Source of the DNA: Planctomycetota bacterium
Lineage (GTDB): Bacteria > Planctomycetota > UBA1135 > UBA2386
Assembly (NCBI GenBank): GCA_965223545.1
Contig: OZ245006.1
Location: 7,648,001 to 7,712,000 of the forward strand
Direction: 5' to 3'
DNA length: 64,000 bases
Position numbers and translations under genes: made by a program. Shown in pieces: positions 33,178-43,026 of this stretch (its first letter is position 1; each line of letters begins with the position of its first letter). The notes beneath the pieces were generated by a model. It was given only the letters and a program-made list of their open reading frames with translations. It was not told the DNA's origin and did not search any database.

Positions 33178-33590
33178 TGCTGGCCTTCCCAGCGGGCGTG
33201 CGCGTGTACGTCGCCAACGAGCCAACCGACATGAGGAAGTCGTTCGACGGGCTGAGCGCGATCGTCCAGCACAGCTTTCATCGGGATCCGTTCGATGGCG
33301 ACGTCTTCGCGTTCTTCAACCGGCGTCGCGATCGCGTGAAGATCTTGTTCTGGGATCGCAACGGGTTCTGGATCTCGATGAAGCGACTCGAGCGCGGCAC
33401 GTTTGACAGCTGGCGTCCCAAGAGCGGCGACGCCACACATGTCGAAGTCGAGCGCGCACAGCTCGTGATGTTGCTCGAAGGGATTGATCTGAAATCCGCC
33501 AAGTTTCGTCGGCATTACTCACGCTCTGTTCGTATCAATGGTCGCGATGGGCGGTCGCAAGCAAACGGTCAACGTCGACGCACTGGATGA
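33177..33590 (+). CDS. tnpB: IS66 accessory protein TnpB
   Basis: DMRKSFDGL, FFNRRRDRVKILFWD, KRLERG. Confidence 0.93.
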   Translation: MLAFPAGVRVYVANEPTDMRKSFDGLSAIVQHSFHRDPFDGDVFAFFNRRRDRVKILFWDRNGFWISMKRLERGTFDSWRPKSGDATHVEVERAQLVMLLEGIDLKSAKFRRHYSRSVRINGRDGRSQANGQRRRTG

Positions 33591-35160
33591 GGCGCAGCTA
33601 CGTGCCTTGATCCCGGATCTGCTCACGCAGATCTCGTCGCTGAAGTCGCAGATGTCCGACCTTCAGCGCATGCTGTTCGGTCGCCGCTCGGAGAAGAGCC
33701 GCTACATCGACCCGCGACAGCTGCTGCCGTTCGCACAAGAGGCGGTAGAGGAAGCGAGAGCCGACGCCAAGGCGGCCGAAGAAGAGGCCGAAGAGATCAC
33801 CGTCCCCGAGCACAAGCGCAGGCGCACCAAGCGACGCAAGGACTTCCCAGAGCATCTCCCGCGGCAACGCTCCGTATTCACGATCGAGGGCGAGGACCTG
33901 CTGTGCCCTTGCTGCGGCAACGGCCGTCGGGAGTTCGGCGAAGAGGTCTCGCAGGAGCTCGAGCGCATCGAGCTCTCGTTCGTCCACCAGATCGTGAAGA
34001 AGAAGTACTCCTGCGCGACCTGTCAGGGCTACGTCGTCGTCGCCGCCGGCCCCACCCGAGTCCTCGACAAGAGCATCCTCGGCCCCGGCTTCCTGGCGCA
34101 GATCATCTTCGACCGGTTTGCCAACCACATGCCGTACGCGCGCCTGGAGAAGAAGTACGCAGCCGAGGGGCTCAGCCTGTCGCGTAGCGTCTTATGCACT
34201 TCGGCGATGCGCTGTGCCGAGCTCTTGAAGCCCGTGTTCGATGCCCATGTCGAGCAAGTTCTCGAGAGCCTCGACACCTCCGTCCTGCAGGTGGACGACA
34301 CCTACGGCAACCAGCGCAACGGCCGAAACCCCGGACAGAAAAAGATCCACGTGTGGGCGTGGCGCGATCAACACGCCGGGGTTTTCTACACCGCTACGGA
34401 CTCACGCAATCGCGGCAGCCCCAAAGAGGTCTTGGGCGACCGCGGTGGTCGGTTGCAGTGCGATGGCCATGACTGCTACAGCGATCTCGATCCAACCAGC
34501 ATCGCGCGCATCGGATGCTGGGCACACCTTCGTCGCTACTTCGTGAATGCGCGGAAGCTCGGCGACTCGACCACGGAGAAGGCTCTGGGCTGGATCGGCA
34601 AGCTGTTCGCGATCGAGAGCGTCGCCAAGAAGGGCAAAGAGGGTCGACCCCTCACGGATGACGAGCTGGTCAAGGTTCGTCAGCGCGACTCTCGTCCGAT
34701 CGCGAACGCGCTCAAGGCCTGGCTCGAGCAGGTGCACATCGACCAGCCGAGCCTCCCGAAGGGTCCGTTCATGGAGGGAGTTCGCTACGGGCTCAACCAG
34801 TGGCCTGCTCTCGAGCGCTTCCTGACCGATGGCCGCATCCGCGAGATCTCAAACAACGGCTGCGAGCGTGCTCTACGTGCAGTCGTGATCGGCAAGAAGA
34901 ACTGGCTCTTCTTCGGATCCGAGGACGGCACCCAAGCTTCACTCATCCTCTTGAGTCTCGTCCAGTCGTGTCGAGAGCATGGCATCAGCCCGCTGCTCTA
35001 CCTGCGGGATGTGCTTCACGCGATCTCGACCACTCCTGCCTCCCAGGTCGGTCAGCTGACTCCGCGTGGCTGGATGCTGGGACGGCAACGGCGTGCCCAG
35101 ATCGCCGAAGCCGACAACGCGATCGACAACGTCGTGCGTCAGTTGTTCGTGGGCTCGTAG
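33538..35160 (+). CDS. tnpC: IS66 transposase TnpC
   Basis: LFGRRSEK, zinc finger, LQVDDT, CWAHLRR, SNNGCERALR, GKKNWLF. Confidence 0.93.
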   Translation: MVAMGGRKQTVNVDALDEAQLRALIPDLLTQISSLKSQMSDLQRMLFGRRSEKSRYIDPRQLLPFAQEAVEEARADAKAAEEEAEEITVPEHKRRRTKRRKDFPEHLPRQRSVFTIEGEDLLCPCCGNGRREFGEEVSQELERIELSFVHQIVKKKYSCATCQGYVVVAAGPTRVLDKSILGPGFLAQIIFDRFANHMPYARLEKKYAAEGLSLSRSVLCTSAMRCAELLKPVFDAHVEQVLESLDTSVLQVDDTYGNQRNGRNPGQKKIHVWAWRDQHAGVFYTATDSRNRGSPKEVLGDRGGRLQCDGHDCYSDLDPTSIARIGCWAHLRRYFVNARKLGDSTTEKALGWIGKLFAIESVAKKGKEGRPLTDDELVKVRQRDSRPIANALKAWLEQVHIDQPSLPKGPFMEGVRYGLNQWPALERFLTDGRIREISNNGCERALRAVVIGKKNWLFFGSEDGTQASLILLSLVQSCREHGISPLLYLRDVLHAISTTPASQVGQLTPRGWMLGRQRRAQIAEADNAIDNVVRQLFVGS

Positions 35161-35708
35161 CCCAGCCGGCTACGGACGGTCACCGTCGTGCCCAGCGCCG
35201 GCGCCGACACGCGGTGGCGGAAATCTCTGTTCATGCGCCGGTTCGGCGCGGCGCGAAGAACGTGCGTGCCGGAACAGTTACGTCGCGATGGCGTGTGGCA
35301 GCTGCTTCCGGTCGAGTCGCAGCGGGCGCAGCGCGCGGAGCAGACCATGACTGCTGCGGATCTGCTGCGCAACATGGGGATGGTGCCGCCCCACGGCGGC
35401 ACGTAGCACGTCGCGTGGACCGAGTCGTCAACGGACGGAGTCCGGGCCGACTCGGTCGCTCGCTTCCGTCACCGGGATAATCCGGTCGCCGAGGTCGCAT
35501 CGTCACTTTGACGCACCGGAAGAACGTGACTGTGGGCCACCGGGGCTACGTGACCGCTGACAGTATTCGTCGAGGAACTCGCGGATGGCCTTCTCGAGTT
35601 GCCGCGTGCTGCGATGGACCCCACGGCGTGTGACGTTGCGATCCACGATCCAGAAGAAGCTCTCAGCCAGATTCAACCACGAGGAGTACGTCGGTGTGAG
35701 GTGTGAAG

Positions 35709-35845
35709 GTAAGCGTCCGGTGACGCCATGGCGGTCAGCGGTTGAAAAGCGACCGCCGACGCGTCTCAGCAGGATTGGCCGGCAGCGCGTGCCTTCGCCC
35801 AGCCCCAGGGCGTGAGTTCGGCGATGCGCGACGACGGCGTGGTGG
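35709..35845 (-). mobile_element. Orphan right end of IS66 type B
   Basis: Reverse complement of the last ~137 bp of 36981-39388, including the IR GTAAGCGTCCGG. Confidence 0.88.
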
Positions 35846-37028
35846 GGTGGCGTACGTAGGTCGGCGACCGGCGCTCTGGATGACCTGGAGTCATTGGAAA
35901 AAGCGGCTGCGAGCGGTCCAGGGCTTGGATCTGCGACTATTCGTCGACGCACAAAACCAACGCGTTGTCCGCCGGCGACATGTAGAGCCCAACGATGTCG
36001 CGAACCTTCTCGATGAACTGTGGATCCGTCGACAGCGAGAACGACTCTGCTCGGTTGGGACGTAACCCGAAAGCCCGCCACGTACGCCGTACAGCGTTTG
36101 GAGACACTCCGAGCTCCTTGTCGAGTTTCCGTGAGCTCCAGTGCGTACAACCTCGCGGTTTCTCGTGCAGTGTGACGTCCACGATCCGCTCGACGTCGGC
36201 GTCGGTCACCGGTAACTGTTCCGGCACGCACGTTCTTCGCGCCGCGCCGAACCGGCGCATGAACAGAGATTTCCGCCACCGCGTGTCGGCGCCGGCGCTG
36301 GGCACGACGGTGACCGTCCGTAGCCGGCTGGGCTACGAGCCCACGAACAACTGACGCACGACGTTGTCGATCGCGTTGTCGGCTTCGGCGATCTGGGCAC
36401 GCCGTTGCCGTCCCAGCATCCAGCCACGCGGAGTCAGCTGACCGACCTGGGAGGCAGGAGTGGTCGAGATCGCGTGAAGCACATCCCGCAGGTAGAGCAG
36501 CGGGCTGATGCCATGCTCTCGACACGACTGGACGAGACTCAAGAGGATGAGTGAAGCTTGGGTGCCGTCCTCGGATCCGAAGAAGAGCCAGTTCTTCTTG
36601 CCGATCACGACTGCACGTAGAGCACGCTCGCAGCCGTTGTTTGAGATCTCGCGGATGCGGCCATCGGTCAGGAAGCGCTCGAGAGCAGGCCACTGGTTGA
36701 GCCCGTAGCGAACTCCCTCCATGAACGGACCCTTCGGGAGGCTCGGCTGGTCGATGTGCACCTGCTCGAGCCAGGCCTTGAGCGCGTTCGCGATCGGACG
36801 AGAGTCGCGCTGACGAACCTTGACCAGCTCGTCATCCGTGAGGGGTCGACCCTCTTTGCCCTTCTTGGCGACGCTCTCGATCGCGAACAGCTTGCCGATC
36901 CAGCCCAGAGCCTTCTCCGTGGTCGAGTCGCCGAGCTTCCGCGCATTCACGAAATAGCGACGAAGGTGTGCCCAACATCCGTAAGCGTCCGGTGAAGGCA
37001 TCTCGAAAGCCGCTGGCGGATCGGCAGG

Positions 37029-37373
37029 ATGCGGCGGATGACGAAGAGAATCCCCGTGTGGGCTCGGGCGGAGATGCGCGAGCTGCTTCAAGAGCTGGAC
37101 ACCTCAGGCGTGACGGTCGCCGAGTTCGCGCGCCGGCGTGGCGTCAACGCAAACCGCATCTACTGGGCGAGGCGGCAAGCCCGAGCTGCGGCGGCGCCGA
37201 CCTCCGCGCAGGCGATGTCGGACTTCGGGGAGCTGGTGGTCTCTGCAGACCCGTCTCCGCGACGAGCAGCGGCCATTGAGTTGCGGGTGCCGTCGGGCGC
37301 GGTTGTCGATGTGCAGCGCGACTTCGACGAAGCGACGCTCCGACGGCTGCTCGGAGTCCTGCTGCCATGCTGA
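37029..37373 (+). CDS. tnpA: IS66 TnpA-like protein
   Basis: SGVTVAEFARRRGV..IYW; FDEATLRRLL..L.C. Confidence 0.8.
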   Translation: MRRMTKRIPVWARAEMRELLQELDTSGVTVAEFARRRGVNANRIYWARRQARAAAAPTSAQAMSDFGELVVSADPSPRRAAAIELRVPSGAVVDVQRDFDEATLRRLLGVLLPC

Positions 37374-37747
37374 GCTTTCCTCCCTCGCCGCAAGTCAAGA
37401 TCTTCGTTTGCCGGAAGCCGGTGGACATGAGGAAGAGCTTCAGCGGTCTGTCCGGTGCGGTCATCGACGTGGTCGACCACGACCCGCAATCTGGTCACCT
37501 CTTCCTCTTCTTCAACAAGCGCCGGACCATGATGAAGGCACTGGTATGGGAGCCGTCCGGTTACTGGGTGCTGGCGAAGCGACTGACGAGCGGCCGCTTT
37601 CAGGTCTTCGATCGCTCGGCCGAGAACAGCAGCCGATTCGAGATTGCGAGTAGCGATCTCGCGCTCTTGTTGGACGGCATCGACCTCCGTGGCGCGCGAC
37701 GCAGAGAAGTTCGCGATCAGGTGCTGCAACGACTGGCCGCGACTTGA
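37367..37747 (+). CDS. tnpB: IS66 TnpB
   Basis: VDMRKSFSGL, LFLFFNKRR, KRL..GRF. Confidence 0.92.
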   Translation: MLSFPPSPQVKIFVCRKPVDMRKSFSGLSGAVIDVVDHDPQSGHLFLFFNKRRTMMKALVWEPSGYWVLAKRLTSGRFQVFDRSAENSSRFEIASSDLALLLDGIDLRGARRREVRDQVLQRLAAT

Positions 37748-37777
37748 TCCGTCTCCGGTTTGTGTTAATCAGAGGGA

Positions 37778-39331
37778 GTGACGCCGCTCACGGACCTCGA
37801 CGAAGCCAACTCGACGATCGTCAAGCTGCGCGCCGAGATCGAGCGCCTTCGCGGGCAGCTCGAACTGATGAAGCAGCGCACGTTCGGACGGCGCCGCGAG
37901 CACATCAATCCGAACCAACTGCTGCTGTTCGAGGCCGGCGTCGCGCAGCTCGAAGAGCTGCGGAAGCAGGCGCAGGAAGCGGAGCAGTCGAGCGAACTCG
38001 CGAAGCCTGACCCGAAGAAGAAGCGGAAGCGCGGTCACGGTCGCGGTCAGTTCGCCGAGCACCTGGATCGGCATGTCGTCGAGGTCGACGTGCCGGAAGC
38101 GGAGCGCTGCTGCCCCGAGTGCGGCGAGGCCATGCACTGCATCGGGACTGACGTCACCGAGCGTGGCCACATCATCCCAGCGCGGTTGGTCGTGAAGCGC
38201 TACGTACGCAACAAGTACGCGTGCCCGCACGGGCACAGGATGAAGATGGCGTCGATGCCTGCCGGCGTCGTCGAGAAGGCGAAGTACGAGCCCTCCGTCT
38301 ACGCGCATCTCGTCACAGCGAAGTACGGCGACCACCTGCCGCTGAACCGCCTGCAGGGGATCTTCCGCCGCTTCGGGGCGCACGTCCCGAAGCAGACCAT
38401 GTGGGACATGCTGGCGCGCTTCGACGAGATCGCGGCGCGTCCGATCCTGGCCGAGATGCGGCGCCAGCTGCTTCAAGAAGATGTTCTTCAAGCCGACGAG
38501 ACCCCGATCAGGGTGCGACTGGAAGGCCAGAAGGGCACCCGGCGCGGTGTGCTCTGGGCCTGGCGGAGCGCTCGCGGCAGCCCCAACGAGATGGTCGTGG
38601 CCGACTTCAGGGACAATCGATCCGCGAAGGGGCCCAACGCTTTTCTCGGCGCGTGGTCCGGGACCTTGTTGACCGATGGCTACGACGGTGTGAACCCGAA
38701 AGCGCAGCAGAACGCGATCACGCGGGCTGGGTGCTGGGCGCACGCCCGTCGGAAGTTTCGGGATGCGCTCACTGCTGGTGCATCACGGGCTGGTTTGGCG
38801 CTGCGACCGATCCAGAGGCTTTTCTGGATCGAGCGCGCCGTACTGTCCCGAGCGAAGGACCGGAACCTGACCCGTGAAGCCCTCATCGAACTGCGTGAGA
38901 CCGTTCGTAGCCGCAGATCCAAAGCGGTGCTCCACGGCCTCTACGAGATCGTGTTCGGCCTCCAAGAGGACCCGGCGACCGCGGGCAACGAGCTGCTTCG
39001 CAAGGCGGTGAACTACGCCATCCGGCAGCGGGACCCGTTGCTCGCGCACCTCGACGACGGCCGGCTGCCGATCCACAACAACGACACCGAGCGTGACCTG
39101 CGCCACGTCGTGACCGGCCGGAAGAACTGGATGACGCTCGCCAGCGAGAAGGGTGGCAACGTGGCAGCTCGCCTCTACTCGATCGTGCTCAGCTGCAAGC
39201 TGGCGAAGGTCAACGTCGAGCGCTACCTCGAGGACGTCCTGGTCGCCGTCGCCACCACGCCGTCGTCGCGCATCGCCGAACTCACGCCCTGGGGCTGGGC
39301 GAAGGCACGCGCTGCCGGCCAGTCCTGCTGA
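37778..39331 (+). CDS. tnpC: IS66 transposase TnpC
   Basis: FGRRRE, CPECG, ADETP, LLTDGY, CWAHARRKF, NNDTERDLR, GRKNW. Confidence 0.94.
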   Translation: MTPLTDLDEANSTIVKLRAEIERLRGQLELMKQRTFGRRREHINPNQLLLFEAGVAQLEELRKQAQEAEQSSELAKPDPKKKRKRGHGRGQFAEHLDRHVVEVDVPEAERCCPECGEAMHCIGTDVTERGHIIPARLVVKRYVRNKYACPHGHRMKMASMPAGVVEKAKYEPSVYAHLVTAKYGDHLPLNRLQGIFRRFGAHVPKQTMWDMLARFDEIAARPILAEMRRQLLQEDVLQADETPIRVRLEGQKGTRRGVLWAWRSARGSPNEMVVADFRDNRSAKGPNAFLGAWSGTLLTDGYDGVNPKAQQNAITRAGCWAHARRKFRDALTAGASRAGLALRPIQRLFWIERAVLSRAKDRNLTREALIELRETVRSRRSKAVLHGLYEIVFGLQEDPATAGNELLRKAVNYAIRQRDPLLAHLDDGRLPIHNNDTERDLRHVVTGRKNWMTLASEKGGNVAARLYSIVLSCKLAKVNVERYLEDVLVAVATTPSSRIAELTPWGWAKARAAGQSC

Positions 39332-40318
39332 AACGCGTCGGCGGTCGCTTTTCAACCGCTGACCGCCATGGCGTCACCGGACGCTTACCAACATCCGATG
39401 CGCGCGATGCTGGTTGGATCGAGATCGCTGTAGCAGTCATGGCCATCGCACTGCAACCGACCACCCCGGTCGCCCAAAACCTCTTTGGGGCTGCCGCGAT
39501 TGCGTGAGTCCGTGGCGTTGTAGAAAACCCCGGCGTGTTGATCGCGCCACGCCCACACGTGGATCTTCTTCTGTCCGGAGTTTCGGCCGTTGCGCTGGTT
39601 GCCGTAGGTGTCGTCCACCTGCAGGACGGAGGTGTCGAGGCTCTCGAGAACTTGCTCGACATGGGCATCGAACACGGGCTTCAAGAGCTCGGCACAGCGC
39701 ATCGCCGAAGTGCATAAGACGCTACGCGACAGGCTGAGCCCCTCGGCTGCGTACTTCTTCTCCAGGCGCGCGTACGGCATGTGGTTGGCAAACCGGTCGA
39801 AGATGATCTGCGCCAGGAAGCCGGGGCCGAGGATGCTCTTGTCGAGGACTCGGGTGGGGCCGGCGGCGACGACGACGTAGCCCTGACAGGTCGCGCAGGA
39901 GTACTTCTTCTTCACGATCTGGTGGACGAACGAGAGCTCGATGCGCTCGAGCTCCTGCGAGACCTCTTCGCCGAACTCCCGACGGCCGTTGCCGCAGCAA
40001 GGGCACAGCAGGTCCTCGCCCTCGATCGTGAATACGGAGCGTTGCCGCGGGAGATGCTCTGGGAAGTCCTTGCGTCGCTTGGTGCGCCTGCGCTTGTGCT
40101 CGGGGACGGTGATCTCTTCGGCCTCTTCTTCGGCCGCCTTGGCGTCGGCTCTCGCTTCCTCTACCGCCTCTTGTGCGAACGGCAGCAGCTGTCGCGGGTC
40201 GATGTAGCGGCTCTTCTCCGAGCGGCGACCGAACAGCATGCGCTGAAGGTCGGACATCTGCGACTTCAGCGACGAGATCTGCGTGAGCAGATCCGGGATC
40301 AAGGCACGTAGCTGCGCC

Positions 40319-40732
40319 TCATCCAGTGCGTCGACGTTGACCGTTTGCTTGCGACCGCCCATCGCGACCATTGATACGAACAGAGCGTGAGTAATGCCGA
40401 CGAAACTTGGCGGATTTCAGATCAATCCCTTCGAGCAACATCACGAGCTGTGCGCGCTCGACTTCGACATGTGTGGCGTCGCCGCTCTTGGGACGCCAGC
40501 TGTCAAACGTGCCGCGCTCGAGTCGCTTCATCGAGATCCAGAACCCGTTGCGATCCCAGAACAAGATCTTCACGCGATCGCGACGCCGGTTGAAGAACGC
40601 GAAGACGTCGCCATCGAACGGATCCCGATGAAAGCTGTGCTGGACGATCGCGCTCAGCCCGTCGAACGACTTCCTCATGTCGGTTGGCTCGTTGGCGACG
40701 TACACGCGCACGCCCGCTGGGAAGGCCAGCAT
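40319..40732 (-). CDS. tnpB: IS66 TnpB (type A copy 2)
   Basis: Identical translation to 33177-33590. Confidence 0.92.
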   Translation of the reverse strand: MLAFPAGVRVYVANEPTDMRKSFDGLSAIVQHSFHRDPFDGDVFAFFNRRRDRVKILFWDRNGFWISMKRLERGTFDSWRPKSGDATHVEVERAQLVMLLEGIDLKSAKFRRHYSRSVRINGRDGRSQANGQRRRTG

Positions 40733-41070
40733 CAGTCAGTCACAGAGTCCAGCAAGCGGTACGCGATGTCCTGAGCAATCGCGCCCTCGAACTCCGCGAC
40801 GACGCCCGCCGGGAACCTGAGCCGCACAAGGCTCGAACTCTCGCCCTCGTCGCTAGTCGTCCGACCCCGACCATCGTGATCGACAACTCGGACCTCCGCG
40901 AACCCAGTGCTCTCCTCTGATCGCAACCGATGCGACCACCAACTCAGCGTACCGATCGGGATACCGAACCGCTCCGAGAGCGCACGCAGCGAAAACCCTT
41001 CCTGCTCGCGGAGCGCGAGAACCTGCCGGATCTCACGGCGACGACCTGCTCGCTTCGACATGGCCGCCAT
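40732..41070 (-). CDS. tnpA: IS66 TnpA (type A copy 2)
   Basis: Identical translation to 32839-33177. Confidence 0.8.
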   Translation of the reverse strand: MAAMSKRAGRRREIRQVLALREQEGFSLRALSERFGIPIGTLSWWSHRLRSEESTGFAEVRVVDHDGRGRTTSDEGESSSLVRLRFPAGVVAEFEGAIAQDIAYRLLDSVTD

Positions 41071-41464
41071 CGTGGCGGACGACTCGAGCGTTTGCAGACG
41101 TGGTTGCCGGAACAGTTACGGTCACCGTGCGCGGACGCCCGACGCGGGGCTCGTCCAAGAGGCCGTCGAGTCGTTGCTCAACGAAGCGCTTGCGCCACTT
41201 GCCGACCATTGCCTGGCTGACACCAAGTTCTTCCGCAACATGCTGGTTCTCCGCACCCGTGGCGCATCGCAGAACGATCTTCGCCCGAATCGCGGATGCC
41301 GCACTACCAGACCGACGCCGTACGAGGCGCTGCAGCACGCCCCGTTCGTCGTCCGTGAGCTTCAGAACCGCCTTCGGTCTACCCATCGCGCCCATGCGAA
41401 CAGATACGGAACGACCGGGGAACCTGTGAAACTAATCCCCCGAACTTTTGGCGCGACCCACTAG

Positions 41465-43026
41465 GAGTCTGCGCCACGGCAGTCGAGCAGCGGTTTCTCC
41501 GGGGCTCGCCTGCGTGATCGCGGCGACTTCCCGGATCGGACTCCCGTTGTTCGCTACGCGAGTGACCGATGTCCCCAGTGGTCGATGGGGCGTCCAGAGT
41601 GACGAATGGGGCCTCCTGCGGCCTTCTTCCTCATCGTGAGGCAGCCATTGCCGCCATTCGGCGGATGTTGAGCGCCATGCAGACGAGGTTCCACTCGCCC
41701 TTCACCTTGCGGAGGCCGCGGAGGTGGAACGATCGGAAGCCGATCACGTGCTTCACCCACCCGAAGACGGGTTCGACGATTGCCTTGCGTTTTCGGTAGC
41801 GCGCCCGCCCGCGCTTGGTCCCCAACTTCCTTCTCATCGCAGCGGTATGCGGCTGCTCTTTCGCCGGTCGCTTGGCTTGCTTGCTCTCGCGCCCAACGGA
41901 TACGTAGCCGTCGATTGCCATCGCGTCGAGCAACTCAAAGTCCTCCTCGTTCCTGTAGCCAGCGTCCGCCAACACCCGCTTTGCGGTTTCACCGGTGTTC
42001 TCAAAGCTCGCGCTCAGCACCGGGAGCAATTGGTTGTGGTCGTTGGTCGACTGGGTCACCGTGGTCGCGACGACGATCTGCTTCTTCGCGTCTACCGCGA
42101 TCTGGGTGTTGTAGCCCTGCTCGAAGGACTTGCCGGATGTCGGCATGATCCGGCTGTCGGGGTCGGTGAAGTTCTCTTGGTCCTTGGGCTTCGGCAACAC
42201 GGGCCCTCCGGGGCCAGGCCTGTCGTCGTCGTCTGCCTTTGCCTGCCGCTTGGCCTCGGCCTCCGCGGCCTTGCGAGCCTCGAGCCGTTCCTTCGCTTCC
42301 TTGATCTTCGCCAGGCGTGACTTCCGCCGGCTCAGCTCTTCCGGAAGCTCGTCGCCGCGGAAGTCCGGGCCGAAGGCTTGGTCATCGAGATCGTCCTGCG
42401 CCCGCGCAGCCCTCGTCAACTTGCGGATCTCGCTGCGAAGCTTCTTCTCCTCGCTCAACATGCGGTCGTAGCTCATCGCTTTCCGCTTGCTCGCGTTGCC
42501 CTTCACCTTGCTGCCGTCGATCGCAACCGTGCCCATCTTGACCAGTCCCGACTCCTTCGCGATCTGGACGACTTGCACGAACAGTCGCTGAAACTCGTCC
42601 AGATTAGTTTCGCGGAAGCGGCAGATCGTCCGGTGGCTGGGCGTCAGGCCCGCTGCGATCACCCGAAAGGCGATGCTGTCCTCAATCTGGGCGGCGATCT
42701 TGCGCGACGAAAACGTCCCCGTGCAGTACCCGTAGATCAGCAGCGAGAGCATCACGCGGGGCGGATAGGCCAACTCGCCCTTGCCCGACACCCGGTACTT
42801 GTCGAGCAAGTCGTCGATGTCCAACTGATCGACCGCATCGATCACGAACCACGCGAGATGGCCTTCGGGCAGCCAGTCACTTGGCGACGGCGGCAGCAGA
42901 AAACCCTGGCGGCGATTCTCTTGCTTGCGGAACTGACCCATGTCCTCTCTACGAAAGGAGAGGTCGCTCTGCCTACTGCTTCTGCCGAAACTTCTGGGCT
43001 AGCGCGTCATCCCGTGGCGCAGACTC
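41465..43026 (-). mobile_element. IS1182-family element
   Basis: Perfect 15-bp IR GAGTCTGCGCCACGG; CTAG on both sides (41461-41464, 43027-43030). Confidence 0.9.
41631..42941 (-). CDS. IS1182-family transposase
   Basis: FLLPPS..DWLPEGHLA, AIDGSKV, TDPDSRIM, LADAGY, IVEPVFG.VK. Confidence 0.92.
   Translation of the reverse strand: MGQFRKQENRRQGFLLPPSPSDWLPEGHLAWFVIDAVDQLDIDDLLDKYRVSGKGELAYPPRVMLSLLIYGYCTGTFSSRKIAAQIEDSIAFRVIAAGLTPSHRTICRFRETNLDEFQRLFVQVVQIAKESGLVKMGTVAIDGSKVKGNASKRKAMSYDRMLSEEKKLRSEIRKLTRAARAQDDLDDQAFGPDFRGDELPEELSRRKSRLAKIKEAKERLEARKAAEAEAKRQAKADDDDRPGPGGPVLPKPKDQENFTDPDSRIMPTSGKSFEQGYNTQIAVDAKKQIVVATTVTQSTNDHNQLLPVLSASFENTGETAKRVLADAGYRNEEDFELLDAMAIDGYVSVGRESKQAKRPAKEQPHTAAMRRKLGTKRGRARYRKRKAIVEPVFGWVKHVIGFRSFHLRGLRKVKGEWNLVCMALNIRRMAAMAASR

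Larger units (their letters stand above)
32790..35281 (+). mobile_element. IS66-family element type A, intact (2492 bp)
   Basis: IRs GTAACTGTTCCGG; 8-bp TSD GTCGCGAT at 32782-32789 and 35282-35289. Confidence 0.95.
32493..35406 (+). pseudogene. Small winged-helix protein interrupted by IS66
   Basis: 32493-32789 plus 35290-35406 read GSFGWLD..AADPRGSSYYS..LGLVAFRPWRARCRD|GVWQLL once the IS and one TSD are removed. Confidence 0.75.
29312..35562 (+). mobile_element. Four-gene Mu-like transposon (Zn protein, DDE transposase, AAA ATPase, wHTH), decayed, with an IS66 inside
   Basis: TGT...ACA ends with imperfect IRs (tgtagggagccgcgtaccgccggt vs tgtcagcggtcacgtagccccggt) and repeated gtcacg-N4/5-ccggt sites; no matching TSD. 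Confidence 0.75.
36981..39388 (+). mobile_element. IS66-family element type B (2408 bp)
   Basis: IRs GTAAGCGTCCGGTGA; TSD CAACATCC at 36973-36980 and 39389-39396. Confidence 0.95.
36333..40371 (-). pseudogene. tnpC: IS66 type A TnpC split by IS66 type B
   Basis: N-part 39389-40371 and C-part 36333-36980 match the protein at 33538-35160. Confidence 0.9.
36212..41119 (-). mobile_element. IS66 type A copy 2 (inverted); tnpC interrupted by IS66 type B
   Basis: Same IRs as copy 1; TSD GGTCACCG at 36204-36211 and 41120-41127. Confidence 0.95.
35563..41461 (-). pseudogene. IS630-family element in three fragments (41120-41395, 35846-36211, 35563-35708)
   Basis: RAKIVL..KWRKRF, THWSSR, VLCVDE*SQIQAL (internal stop), TPTYSSWLN; left end abuts CTAG at 41461-41464. 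Confidence 0.85.

Noticed and set aside
33177..33590. TnpB as an RNA-guided nuclease
   Set aside because: IS66 TnpB is a small accessory protein unrelated to IS200/IS605 TnpB
35503..36693. 396-aa minus-strand ORF
   Set aside because: Chimeric read-through across IS66-A, IS630 and IS66-B fragments
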